DNA of 64,000 bases from Candidatus Micrarchaeota archaeon. GTDB taxonomy: Archaea; Micrarchaeota; Micrarchaeia; Anstonellales; Bilamarchaeaceae. Positions 29,981-39,863 of this stretch are shown here, one piece after another. A program made the translations under genes and the position numbers. The notes below the pieces were generated by a model, which was given only the letters and a program-made list of their open reading frames with translations, did not search any database and was not told where the DNA came from. Every line of letters starts with the position of its first letter. The first letter of the stretch is position 1. The stretch covers positions 12,483 through 76,482 of the forward strand of contig CAZPWA010000001.1 of assembly GCA_964590665.1 (NCBI GenBank), written 5' to 3'.

Positions 29981-31720
29981 ATGTGCGGAATCATCGGCTA
30001 CACTGGTCCAAAAAATGCTGCTCCAATAATTACTAATGGTCTTAAGTATTTAGAATATCGTGGCTATGATTCAGTTGGAATCGCCATACTTGATAAAAAT
30101 CATCTTGAAATACGAAAGGATAAAGGAATGGTTGAAGATGTTTCAACTCGTCTTTCGTTTTCCTCACTAAAAGGGAATTTGGCCATTGGCCACTCCCGCT
30201 GGGCAACCCACGGAGGAGTATGCCTTGAAAACTCGCATCCGCATTACGATTGCAATAAATCCACTGCAATTGTGCATAATGGTGTCATAGAAAACTACCT
30301 CGAATTAAAAAATGATCTTTTAGAAAATGAAACCCACAAATTTTCTTCAGAAACTGACTCTGAAGTAATTGCACATCTTTTTGAATCAAATCTCAGAAAA
30401 ACAAAAAAGCCTCTTGAAGCTTTTGCAAAAACAATTTCTTCTCTTAAAGGTTCATTTGCAATCTGCCTTATTTCCAAGGATGATCCAAAATCAATTTTCC
30501 TTGCAAGAAAAAATAGTCCTCTTGTAATTGGAAAAGGAAAAGGAGAAAATTTTTGTGCATCTGATTTTTCTGCTTTAATTGATTACACTCGTGATTTTAT
30601 TGTAATGAATGATGAAGAAATCTGCCAAATTTCTGATTCCTCAATCTCTCTTTATGATTTAAACTTGAACTCAAAAACCCCTCAATTTCTCAAAGTTGAT
30701 TGGGACATAAAAACTGCCGAAAAATCAGGTTATCCTCATTTTATGCTAAAGGAAATAATGGAGCAGCCTGATGTTGTCATCTCCTCATTCTCTGCTGACA
30801 CTTCTGCAGTTTCGCATCTTTTGAAAAAATACGATAAAATACATATAATTGCATCCGGAACTTCATATCATGCTTCACTTGTTTTTTCTATTCTATTAAA
30901 TAAATTGGGCAAAAGCGCTTCTGCTTTTATTGCAAGTGAATATCAAAATCAAACAATTTCTGATTCAAATGCGCTCGTTTTTGCAATAACCCAAAGCGGT
31001 GAAACTGCTGATGTTCTTCAGGCTCTTCGTTTTTCAACTGCAGCTGATAAGGTTTGTTTAACCAACGTTCAAGGTTCAACCGTTACTCGTCTTTGCAACT
31101 ATTCTTTATTTTTGAATGCAGGTCCAGAAACTTCGGTTGCTGCAACAAAAACATTTCTTGCTCAGTTATGTCTAATTTACAAAATTCTTTTTGGGGAAAA
31201 ATACAAACTGCCAATTCAAAAAATAATCAAAGATTCCCTTTCGCTTGATGAATCTATCCGGGTGCTTAGTTCAAAAATAATTCAAAACAAACACATTTTC
31301 TTCCTATCCCGTGGTTTAAGTTATCCAATGGCTCTTGAAGGCGCATTAAAATTAAAAGAAATAAGCTATCTTCACGCGCAAGCGTATCCTGCTGGAGAAC
31401 TTAAGCATGGAACTTTAAGTTTAATTGAAAAAGGTGTTTCAACTCTCTTTTTTGCCCCCAATACTCTTGATTCGCAAAAACTCTTTGGCAATTTGAAAGA
31501 GGTTAAAGCTAGAGGTTCAACTGTCTTTAGTTTTAGTGATGATTCTTCTGTCAAAACAGAATCTGACTTTTCGATTGAAACCTTATCTGCAACCCAGGAG
31601 ATTCTTTATCCCTTTTGCTTTGTCGTTCCTTTGCAGCTTTTAGCTTATTATTCAAGTGTTTCCTTGGGCATAAATCCGGATAGGCCACGAAATCTTGCAA
31701 AATCAGTAACTGTTGAATAA
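29981..31720 (+). CDS. glmS: Glutamine-fructose-6-phosphate transaminase (isomerizing)
   Basis: MCGIIG, EYRGYDS, GHSRWATHG, QSGETAD, ALKLKEISY, PRNLAKSVTVE. Confidence 0.97.
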   Translation: MCGIIGYTGPKNAAPIITNGLKYLEYRGYDSVGIAILDKNHLEIRKDKGMVEDVSTRLSFSSLKGNLAIGHSRWATHGGVCLENSHPHYDCNKSTAIVHNGVIENYLELKNDLLENETHKFSSETDSEVIAHLFESNLRKTKKPLEAFAKTISSLKGSFAICLISKDDPKSIFLARKNSPLVIGKGKGENFCASDFSALIDYTRDFIVMNDEEICQISDSSISLYDLNLNSKTPQFLKVDWDIKTAEKSGYPHFMLKEIMEQPDVVISSFSADTSAVSHLLKKYDKIHIIASGTSYHASLVFSILLNKLGKSASAFIASEYQNQTISDSNALVFAITQSGETADVLQALRFSTAADKVCLTNVQGSTVTRLCNYSLFLNAGPETSVAATKTFLAQLCLIYKILFGEKYKLPIQKIIKDSLSLDESIRVLSSKIIQNKHIFFLSRGLSYPMALEGALKLKEISYLHAQAYPAGELKHGTLSLIEKGVSTLFFAPNTLDSQKLFGNLKEVKARGSTVFSFSDDSSVKTESDFSIETLSATQEILYPFCFVVPLQLLAYYSSVSLGINPDRPRNLAKSVTVE

Positions 31721-31742
31721 AATAAAAAAGTTATTTAAAAAA

Positions 31743-33386
31743 TTATTTCTTTTTGATAATTTTCTGATATACTACAAATGCTCCGAATAGGATACACATT
31801 GCACCAACTAGCAAAAGTATTGGATCTATTTTGTCTGTTTTTACATTTATTGTTGTTGTAATGGGATTATATCCGACTTTGCTTATTTCTATTGGAACTT
31901 TGTCTTTATCTGGAGCTTTTATTGTAATATTCTTATTTACTTCCATCTCTTTATTGTCGATTTTAACTTTCACTTTTTCAAGCTCAAAACCTTCTGTTGC
32001 GTCGTTTATTTTTATTAGGATATTTTGACCGACTTTAGGTTCTTTTGGATCTATTGTATATACTATGTTTCCTTTTTGAGAGTTTTCATCATAAATTACT
32101 CCTGCTGATGAATACTGTGAACTCTCTTCACCCTGCGGTCGGCAATATACTGTATTGAGTCCTGCATTGAATTGCGTTTGGGGATCTATGAATCCAAACC
32201 ATTTATTTGAGTCTATTGTTGCTGTTTGCCATTCGTTGTCATTTATCCTAAACTCCACTCCGCTTTCAGAATTGCTTATGAATTTTCCCTCTATCTTTAA
32301 TTCTCTTTTATCTACTTGACTCCCTTCTTTAGGGAAGACAATTGCGCAAGCTCTGTCTGTCGTAAATGCATACTCTGTTTTTTCTTCTGTTGAAAAGTAA
32401 ACTTTGTTTTGGAAGAATTTTGGGTTTTTGGCATTTGATCCATCAACACCTTTCCAAACCAGTTCTCCATTTTCTATGTCTATTGCTACGATGCCGTTTC
32501 CACTGGTCCCAAAGAATGCCGCCTTTCTATTTCCTATTGTTCCTTCCTCAATGGTTCCAAATATATTCGCTTCTGTTTCTATCTTCCATTTTGGACTTCC
32601 ATCCATATAGTCAAGCGAGTACACGGTTCCTCCTGTATCTGCAAAAATTATGTTGTCTTGGTATACTATTATGTTGGTTCCAATCCATCGGGGCATTTTC
32701 TTTTGCCAAGCTACTGCTCCGGAATCCAAACTCACCTTATATATGTTGCCATTTAAATCTGATAAAAATGCGTAGTTATTGTTTATTGCAGGCTTAAATG
32801 GGGCAACTTCTTTTATCTTACTGTTGGTCCAGAGTATGCTTCCTGCTTCATTTATTTTTATTAATTCATTTCTATTTCCAACTATTGCATAGTCTGCTTT
32901 AGTTGCTATTTTTCCCCATATTCCACTTCTGTTTAGAAGTGTTGCGCGTATGTTTCCGCTTTTGTCTAAAAAGTATAATCCCTTGTCTGTTGAAACAAAA
33001 ATTCCGTGGTCGGTCGGAGTCATTGAATATAATTCGTTTACTGCGTTTGTTTTGAGGTTAACTTTCCAAAGCAGTGCTCCGTTTGCGCTTATTGCGCTTA
33101 CCTCTCCAATGTTCGATCCAACCATTATCATGTTATTGTTGACTATCAAATCTACTGGTTTTTTCCCTGCAACAAAATTCCAAAACTTGGCCCCATTTAG
33201 CGGGTTGATAGAATAAACATTTCCTGTTTTTGTTGTGACTATTAGTTGATTATTGAAAATTTCTGGTTTTGTTGCAGATTCTTCATCTAAAACATTTACC
33301 CAAAGTTGCGATGCAAAAAATAGATTAACAAAAATTAGACTTAAAATTATTGAAAAAAAAAGTTTGTTTTTCATCCTCTCATCCAA
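31743..33386 (-). CDS. PQQ-like beta-propeller surface protein with Ig-like domains and C-terminal membrane anchor
   Basis: Signal peptide, repeated G-x-x-x-W blades, C-terminal TM followed by KKK. Confidence 0.8.
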   Translation of the reverse strand: MDERMKNKLFFSIILSLIFVNLFFASQLWVNVLDEESATKPEIFNNQLIVTTKTGNVYSINPLNGAKFWNFVAGKKPVDLIVNNNMIMVGSNIGEVSAISANGALLWKVNLKTNAVNELYSMTPTDHGIFVSTDKGLYFLDKSGNIRATLLNRSGIWGKIATKADYAIVGNRNELIKINEAGSILWTNSKIKEVAPFKPAINNNYAFLSDLNGNIYKVSLDSGAVAWQKKMPRWIGTNIIVYQDNIIFADTGGTVYSLDYMDGSPKWKIETEANIFGTIEEGTIGNRKAAFFGTSGNGIVAIDIENGELVWKGVDGSNAKNPKFFQNKVYFSTEEKTEYAFTTDRACAIVFPKEGSQVDKRELKIEGKFISNSESGVEFRINDNEWQTATIDSNKWFGFIDPQTQFNAGLNTVYCRPQGEESSQYSSAGVIYDENSQKGNIVYTIDPKEPKVGQNILIKINDATEGFELEKVKVKIDNKEMEVNKNITIKAPDKDKVPIEISKVGYNPITTTINVKTDKIDPILLLVGAMCILFGAFVVYQKIIKKK

Positions 33387-33846
33387 GTAAGGAATCGTGC
33401 ATTCCTTTATCGACTTCTGCCATTACTTCTTTTGGCTTTTTAGAGTCGACTGTTACGCCCATACTGACGCAGCTACCTAGGATTTCCTTGATGATCATTT
33501 TTGTGTCTTTTCCAAGTGAATTGCTTTTTGCTTTTGCAATTGTGATCAATTTAGCAAATGAAACATTCCCTGCTGGTGCTTCTCTGTTTCCTGCCCCCTT
33601 TTCAATTCCTGCTTCCTTTTTAATCAATTCGGCAGTTGGAGGTGTTCCTACTTCTATTGTGAATGTTTTGGTCTTTGGATCGACAATTACCTTTACTGGA
33701 ACTTTCATTCCTTTGAACGCTTTTGTCGATTCGTTTATTTTTGCTACGACTTGTGCTGCATTGACCCCAAGTGGTCCCAATGCTGGACCTAAAGGCGGAC
33801 CTGCTGTTGCGCTTCCTCCTTCGACTATAACATCAATAGTTTTCAT
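33379..33846 (-). CDS. rpl11: 50S ribosomal protein uL11
   Basis: VEGGSATAGPPLGPALGP, GTPPT, GSCVSMGV. Confidence 0.97.
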   Translation of the reverse strand: MKTIDVIVEGGSATAGPPLGPALGPLGVNAAQVVAKINESTKAFKGMKVPVKVIVDPKTKTFTIEVGTPPTAELIKKEAGIEKGAGNREAPAGNVSFAKLITIAKAKSNSLGKDTKMIIKEILGSCVSMGVTVDSKKPKEVMAEVDKGMHDSLLG

Positions 33847-33879
33847 AAAAATACCTGTGAATATTCAGTTAGTAATGCT

Positions 33880-35109
33880 TTAAAAACCAATCAACTCATG
33901 GAAAAGCCCTATTATCTTATTTACCAGTCCTTTTCCACTTTCTTTTGGTCCATCATCCTGGCTTTCTTCCATTTCGTATTCAAAGTCTTCTCTGCTGGCT
34001 CTGATCTCCTTTGTTTTTGATCTGCTACTTTTTGCCTTGCTCTTTGCCATTGCCTTTATTCTCTTATTTTTTGCAAATTTGGCAACTTTTGCCAGTATTT
34101 GCGGATTCTCTATCTTATCTACTAATAATTTTTCAACTGCAATTTCCTTAACTTCTTTTGCAATTGTCAAAAGTATTCTTTCATCTTCTATCTCTTCTAC
34201 TCTTTCAGAGAGGATTTTAGCAATTTTTCCCTTGGCTTTCTTTGATTTACAATATCTTATTGCGCTGCAGAGCGTTTGAGTGTCTGATTTTATTGCCTTA
34301 ATTAATCTATCTGCCTGCTGCATATTGTTTGAAGATGCAATTAACGCAACTATCCCTCGCGAGTAGTCTCTCTTCATGGTTTGTGCTATTTCTTTTATGT
34401 CTCTTTCTTCGCTTTTTGTTGATATCTCTTGTGCGATTTCGAAGTCTTGTGCTATTTTTTCAATCAGCGTTTGGTCTTGAGTGTTTGCAATTGCTCCTAG
34501 TATATTTATTACTGTTCTTGAATCGTAAACCTCTTCTAATTCTACTGCTCCGTCGACTTCCCTTACTCTTGCAATTGCGTCCATTTTGGTTTGAATGTAG
34601 TTTGTTTCTTTTGCAATCTCCTTTATCTTATCTATGCTTTCGACGTTTGTAAGTGCGACATCTCTAATATTTTTGTCTTCGTGGCCTTTTGCCATTGCTA
34701 CAAAAAATTCCTCATCTTCCAATTCATCTGCAATGGTTGCTAGTTTTTCAAGCGCTATTTTTCTGACTTCCAAATCGTCCGATTCGACGCATATGTCTAA
34801 AAGCGCTTTTTTATCCATTCCAACTTCATTGAGTGCGTATAATCTTGCTTCTGCTTTGCTGGAATTTACTGCAAAATATTCAAAAGCTTCTGTTTCTTTC
34901 ATGTTTGAAAGCTGTCTCATTCCAGTTGTGATTCTTTCTGAATTATCATCTTCAATCATGCTTTCTATTTCTTCAATTTCAAAGTCCAAGTCATTTGTGC
35001 TGCTATTGATTTGAGAAGAACTTTGTTTAGTGAATTTTTTAACCTGTGAAAAATCTTCCTCTTCTTCTTTTTCTATTTTGTTTTTCATCATTCGCTTCGC
35101 CTTGCTCAT
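33880..35109 (-). CDS. Hypothetical charged helical-repeat (HEAT-like) protein
   Basis: Repeats EARLYALNEV / EVRKIALEKL / NIRDVALTNV / QTKMDAIARV; long ORF. Confidence 0.65.
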   Translation of the reverse strand: MSKAKRMMKNKIEKEEEEDFSQVKKFTKQSSSQINSSTNDLDFEIEEIESMIEDDNSERITTGMRQLSNMKETEAFEYFAVNSSKAEARLYALNEVGMDKKALLDICVESDDLEVRKIALEKLATIADELEDEEFFVAMAKGHEDKNIRDVALTNVESIDKIKEIAKETNYIQTKMDAIARVREVDGAVELEEVYDSRTVINILGAIANTQDQTLIEKIAQDFEIAQEISTKSEERDIKEIAQTMKRDYSRGIVALIASSNNMQQADRLIKAIKSDTQTLCSAIRYCKSKKAKGKIAKILSERVEEIEDERILLTIAKEVKEIAVEKLLVDKIENPQILAKVAKFAKNKRIKAMAKSKAKSSRSKTKEIRASREDFEYEMEESQDDGPKESGKGLVNKIIGLFHELIGF

Positions 35110-35184
35110 CCAATTTTCACCTTTCCCACTCGAAAGAACAAACCCAATATTTATAAATGTTTTTCCGTCTTTTGTCTTTTCTCT

Positions 35185-35901
35185 CTATTCTTTTTCCATT
35201 TTTTGGAAATACTCTTCTTCCAAAAAGTGCATCTTTTCTCCCGGTATTATTACTGCAAATGGAGCATCTCCCATTTCTTTTTTTCCGAGGTTTTGGATTC
35301 TTCCAAAACTTATTTTTTCATTTTCCCTACCAATTCGCGATATTACTATGGCCCGCTCAAATTCCCCAAGCATCTCAAGTGCCGCCTTCGCTTCCATTGG
35401 TTTTGGCTCCGTGTCAAGCAGAACTAATGTATGCAAATTATTCTTGTAATTTTCCCTAATCAACTCAATTGATGAAGTTGGCTTGTAGTTTTCTCTTGGA
35501 TTAACTAATGTGACAACCCTTCCAAATTTGTATGCCTGAAGCCCACTTACTCCCTTTGCTGCTGAAAAAATCGATGAATTATGCACTGTTTTACACTCTA
35601 TTTCTTTTTCCTTTGCGCTCATTACCAACGTAATGTGTGTTGTTGCAATCAATGGATCTCCCGAAACCAAAAGCGCAACTCTTTTTTTTGCTGCCTTTTC
35701 AATTAAGAAATTTCCTTCAACTTGTTCTCTTCCAATTATTATGATTTTATTTCCTATTTCCTTTTCTAATTTTTCAATTTCTTCTTGTGTAAATGGATTA
35801 GTGTAGTTTTCCAGATATATTTCATCTGCTTCCTTGCTCTTTCTAAGGCCTTGAAGAGTTAAGTCTAACCCTACTCCCAAACCTACTAAAACTAGGCTCA
35901 T
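35185..35901 (-). CDS. dph5: Diphthine synthase
   Basis: LVGLG, YLENYT, SGDPLIATTH, GLQAYKFG, LHTLVLLD. Confidence 0.95.
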   Translation of the reverse strand: MSLVLVGLGVGLDLTLQGLRKSKEADEIYLENYTNPFTQEEIEKLEKEIGNKIIIIGREQVEGNFLIEKAAKKRVALLVSGDPLIATTHITLVMSAKEKEIECKTVHNSSIFSAAKGVSGLQAYKFGRVVTLVNPRENYKPTSSIELIRENYKNNLHTLVLLDTEPKPMEAKAALEMLGEFERAIVISRIGRENEKISFGRIQNLGKKEMGDAPFAVIIPGEKMHFLEEEYFQKMEKE

Positions 35902-35944
35902 TATCTAAAATCTTAATACAACGTCTTATAAATTCGATATTTTG

Positions 35945-36421
35945 CTATTTTTTGTCAAGTTCTTCTATTTTTAGTCTGCTTTTTAGTGTTTCTATCTTGT
36001 TTTTTTGCGAAAAACCCTGTTTGACTTCTAAGACATATTTTGCCTCTGCTTTTGGGACGTATTGAGGACAGTTCATTATGCTTTTACATGGATCCATTTT
36101 CACAATATCTACCAGTTGTCCATTTTCTGAAAAATGCAAAGCTTCAAGCGGGATTGTTGTATTCATCATCCAAAATATTTGTTTTCTTTGGGTTGAAAAA
36201 ACAAAAAGCATCCCTTCGTTTTCTCCAATTTTATCTCTCCACATAAGTCCTTTCATCTGATCTGGAATGCTTTTGGCAATTTCAGCATCAACAATTATTT
36301 CCTTTCCCTCTTCTGTGGTGATGGATATTTGTTTTTTTCCCGCTTTTGAAGAAAATATGAAAAACGCTATCATCAGTAGGAAAACCAAACCAACAATTAT
36401 CAAGATTTCGTTTGTTTTCAT
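35945..36421 (-). CDS. DUF192 family protein
   Basis: KGLMWR, GMLFVF, FWMMNTTIPL, YVLEV. Confidence 0.9.
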   Translation of the reverse strand: MKTNEILIIVGLVFLLMIAFFIFSSKAGKKQISITTEEGKEIIVDAEIAKSIPDQMKGLMWRDKIGENEGMLFVFSTQRKQIFWMMNTTIPLEALHFSENGQLVDIVKMDPCKSIMNCPQYVPKAEAKYVLEVKQGFSQKNKIETLKSRLKIEELDKK

Positions 36422-36435
36422 TTTTTCCTCTCTTT

Positions 36436-37365
36436 TTACTCATCTATTATCCGAGGCTTTTTATTTTCCCCTGAAATTATCATGCTCTGTGTTTTATATT
36501 TTCCATTTTCCTTGTGTATTCCTTTTAGTAAATCTCCGTCTGTTACTCCAGTTGCAACAAAAATCGCATCTTCTGTTTTGACTAATTCATCCATGGTATA
36601 TATTTTGTCAAAATCATTAATGCCCATTTTTTTTGCTCTTTGTTTCTCCTCGTCATTTCTAAATTTTAATCTTCCTTCTAAGTAGCCGCCGACACATTTG
36701 AGTGCAGTTGCCGCTAAAACTCCTTCAGGTGCTGCTCCAATTCCAATTAGCATGTCTGCTTTTGTGTGTTCAAATGCAGTCATCACTGCTCCAAAAACAT
36801 CTCCATCACTAATTAATCTTACGTTTGCGCCTTTTTTCTTTATTCTTTCAATGAGTTCTTGGTGTCTTGGCCTATCTAAAACAACTACTGTTATCTGGTT
36901 CATTTCTTTGTGTGTTTTTTTGGAAATGGCATCTAAATTTTCCTCTATTGTTTTACTTAACGAAACCACTTTTCCTATTTTTGGTCCAACTGCAATTTTT
37001 TCCATGTATGTATCTGGCGCATGAAATAAGCTTCCTTTTGGACCTGCGGCAAGAACGCAAATTGCCCCTGCTTTATTTTCCGCTGCTAAATTTGTCCCTT
37101 CTAATGGATCAACTGCAATATCTACTTTCAGGCCGCTTCCATCTCCCAGTTTTTCTCCAATAAAAAGCATCGGAGCTTCATCTCGTTCTCCTTCTCCAAT
37201 TACAACTGTTCCATCGAATTTGATTTGGTTGAATGTTTCTCTCATTGCTTTTGTTGCCGCATCATCTGCGGCATGCCTATCTCCCTTTCCAACCCAATTA
37301 TAGCTTCCAATTGCGGCTGCTTGTGCAACTTTCAAAAATGATGATTGAAGATCACTTACTTTCAT
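36436..37365 (-). CDS. glpX: Fructose-1,6-bisphosphatase class II
   Basis: VIGEGERDEAPML, AVDPLEGT, LDRPRH, SDGDV, ATGVTDG. Confidence 0.96.
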   Translation of the reverse strand: MKVSDLQSSFLKVAQAAAIGSYNWVGKGDRHAADDAATKAMRETFNQIKFDGTVVIGEGERDEAPMLFIGEKLGDGSGLKVDIAVDPLEGTNLAAENKAGAICVLAAGPKGSLFHAPDTYMEKIAVGPKIGKVVSLSKTIEENLDAISKKTHKEMNQITVVVLDRPRHQELIERIKKKGANVRLISDGDVFGAVMTAFEHTKADMLIGIGAAPEGVLAATALKCVGGYLEGRLKFRNDEEKQRAKKMGINDFDKIYTMDELVKTEDAIFVATGVTDGDLLKGIHKENGKYKTQSMIISGENKKPRIIDE

Positions 37366-37369
37366 ATTT

Positions 37370-38377
37370 TCACCTGTAGAATTTTTTCGAATCTTCCAAT
37401 GTTATGGGTTTGTAATCGTGTGCATGATTTGCAGATCCAAACTCAACATATCTTTCTTTTACGATTTTTATCATTGCATCCCTTGCTGGAGTTAAAAATT
37501 CTCTTGGATCAAATCTTTCTGGCTCTTCAACAAAAACTTTTCTCATCGCTGCCGTTGCTGCAAGTCTTAAATCTGTGTCCACATTGACCTTTCTAACTCC
37601 TGCTGCAATCCCTTCTTTAATTGCCCACAAAGGAACCCCATATGTTGGTGCTATTCTTCCTCCGTATTTATTGATTTGTGCAACCAGTTCCTGAGGTACT
37701 GATGAAGAACCGTGCATTACCATATGTAATTTTGGACATCTTTTATGTATTTCTCTAATTACATCCATCGCAAGCAAATTTTTATCCGGGTCGGGCTTCA
37801 CTTTGAATTTGTATGCTCCATGAGAAGTTCCAATTGCAACTGCAAGAGCATCAACTCCTGTTTTTGCCAAAAAATCTTCAACCTGGTTTGGATCTGTTAA
37901 ATGTATTTTTCCAGAACCGACTCCATCTTCTATTCCGCCTAAAGTTCCAAGTTCTCCTTCAACCGTTACTCCGAATTTATGAGCATATTCAACAACTTCT
38001 TTTGTGACTTTTACATTTTCTTCGTAAGTAGTTGGTGTTTTTCCATCTTCTTTTAACGATCCATCAATCATGACTGAGGTAAATCCAAGTGAAATTGCTG
38101 TTTTTGCTGATTCTAAATTGTTTCCATGATCCAAATGTAATGCTATTGGCAAATCTGGATATTTTTCAACACAGGCCATCATTATGTTTCTAAGGAAAAT
38201 TAAATCACTGTATTTGAGTGCTCCTCGTGATGCTGCCATAATTACAGGAGATTTAACTTCTGCAGCGCCTCTCATAATTGCCTGGGCTTGCTCCATATTA
38301 TTTACGTTAAAATGCGGAACTCCATATCCTCCTTTTGCTGCTTCATCAAGAATTTGCTTCATTGGTACAAGTGGCAT
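37370..38377 (-). CDS. fba: Fructose-bisphosphate aldolase class II
   Basis: FNVNNMEQ, LHLDHG, GFTSVMIDGS, AIGTSHGAYKF, MHGSSSVP, KVNVDTD. Confidence 0.94.
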   Translation of the reverse strand: MPLVPMKQILDEAAKGGYGVPHFNVNNMEQAQAIMRGAAEVKSPVIMAASRGALKYSDLIFLRNIMMACVEKYPDLPIALHLDHGNNLESAKTAISLGFTSVMIDGSLKEDGKTPTTYEENVKVTKEVVEYAHKFGVTVEGELGTLGGIEDGVGSGKIHLTDPNQVEDFLAKTGVDALAVAIGTSHGAYKFKVKPDPDKNLLAMDVIREIHKRCPKLHMVMHGSSSVPQELVAQINKYGGRIAPTYGVPLWAIKEGIAAGVRKVNVDTDLRLAATAAMRKVFVEEPERFDPREFLTPARDAMIKIVKERYVEFGSANHAHDYKPITLEDSKKFYR

Positions 38378-38452
38378 ATTAATCCTCTTTTGTTTTTAGT
38401 AAGTAATTGTAAAATAAAAATATATTCCTTCTTCAAAAATAAAATATAAAAA

Positions 38453-39811
38453 TTATCTTAGTGCTACTTTTCTTGCTAATGCTCTATCTACTTGTTCTTT
38501 TGTCGGAGTTTTAAATCGTGTATCATATTTTTGATCCACGCTTATCCCTTCTAGCCTTTCAACAACTTGCCTTTGTGCGCTATTTGGAATTTCAATTGCT
38601 GTTCCTCTATTGCTAAATTCACTAACTACTCTCCCATCTATTTCAAAGGGCATGTTTCTCTCAAGGAAATAGTATGCAGCCTGAAGTCCTTTGGTTATTT
38701 TTCCTGGAGTTCCTTTTCCAATTGTTACTTCTTCGATTTCTGTTTTTCCATTTCTTTTTCTTTCAACTCCAACTTTAATTACGGGTGTGACTTTTGCAGC
38801 AGTTCCAAATGCCATAACTTCATCTGCATGTAGTAAGTCATTTAGCGTTAGATCGGTTTCTCTAACTTCTGTTATCCCAAGTTCCGTTGCAAGTTCTCTT
38901 GCAACTTGCAAATTGTTGTGCCTTGTTATTCCTGGAAGAGTCATGCAGCTGGTTTTTGGAGTCATGAGAATTCCGTCTTTGACAATTGCAACATTTGCGC
39001 TGGTAAATTCAGTAACTATTTTTCTTCCATTTCTATCAGTTCCCAAAAGAAGTGCATCTGCATATCCTTTCATTTTTGCATAGTTTTTCCAAGGAGTTCT
39101 TTTTGATCCGTAATTTGAAACTGCCTTTGCAAAATCAACGGTTCCTGGAAGTTCTGCAATTACTGATTCTGCCCTAACCAAAACTTTCATTCCGTTTTCA
39201 AAAGTTCCGCTTCCCATGTATTCTTTTGGCCACAAATATCCATGAACCAAAAATTCAATAAGATGATCTGAACTATAAACCCCAATTCCTGCATTATTTA
39301 ATTGAGAATCCTTATCTCCTAAAACTGCAAGAGGCCTCAAGTATCTAATTGGGAATGAATCTGCTCTTCCTAAATTTCTTTGAATCATTTCAATTGTTAA
39401 TTTTGCAACTGCTTCTAAGTCCAATAGTGTTCTTTTCCCATTTGAAATAACTTCTAATACAGGCCTAAACTCTTTTGGTTTTCCTCTTGCTAACTCATAA
39501 ACTTCTCCATATGGCATATCTGGCTTATAGTCCAATCCTTCGCTCATAAATCTCTCTAGTCCTTCTCTTGTGTGGAGCATATTTGCATTTACAATTAATC
39601 GTGCCATGTGAGCGTTGAGTTCGAAAACAATCAGATGTTTTCCATCATTGCTTATTTCAACTCCTATCCCTTCCAAAACTCCAGTTGCATAGTTTAATCC
39701 GTGTGAATGCGCATCGAAGAGTTGGTTATGCGTTGCATCTTGATATGTTCCATTATCGAAAACTGTAAATTTATCTCCCCGAACTTCAATTGGTGCTCTT
39801 AGTGTTGCCAT
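38453..39811 (-). CDS. Divergent class IV PLP aminotransferase (IlvE-like) with large insertions
   Basis: HGLNYATGVLEG, HMARL, YLRP, AKAVSNY, LPGITR, ADEVMAFGTAA.VTPV. Confidence 0.85.
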   Translation of the reverse strand: MATLRAPIEVRGDKFTVFDNGTYQDATHNQLFDAHSHGLNYATGVLEGIGVEISNDGKHLIVFELNAHMARLIVNANMLHTREGLERFMSEGLDYKPDMPYGEVYELARGKPKEFRPVLEVISNGKRTLLDLEAVAKLTIEMIQRNLGRADSFPIRYLRPLAVLGDKDSQLNNAGIGVYSSDHLIEFLVHGYLWPKEYMGSGTFENGMKVLVRAESVIAELPGTVDFAKAVSNYGSKRTPWKNYAKMKGYADALLLGTDRNGRKIVTEFTSANVAIVKDGILMTPKTSCMTLPGITRHNNLQVARELATELGITEVRETDLTLNDLLHADEVMAFGTAAKVTPVIKVGVERKRNGKTEIEEVTIGKGTPGKITKGLQAAYYFLERNMPFEIDGRVVSEFSNRGTAIEIPNSAQRQVVERLEGISVDQKYDTRFKTPTKEQVDRALARKVALR

Positions 39812-39863
39812 ATACTCATCCCTGTTTTATTTTGTCTATTAAAATTAATAAAAGTTGTTTGAT

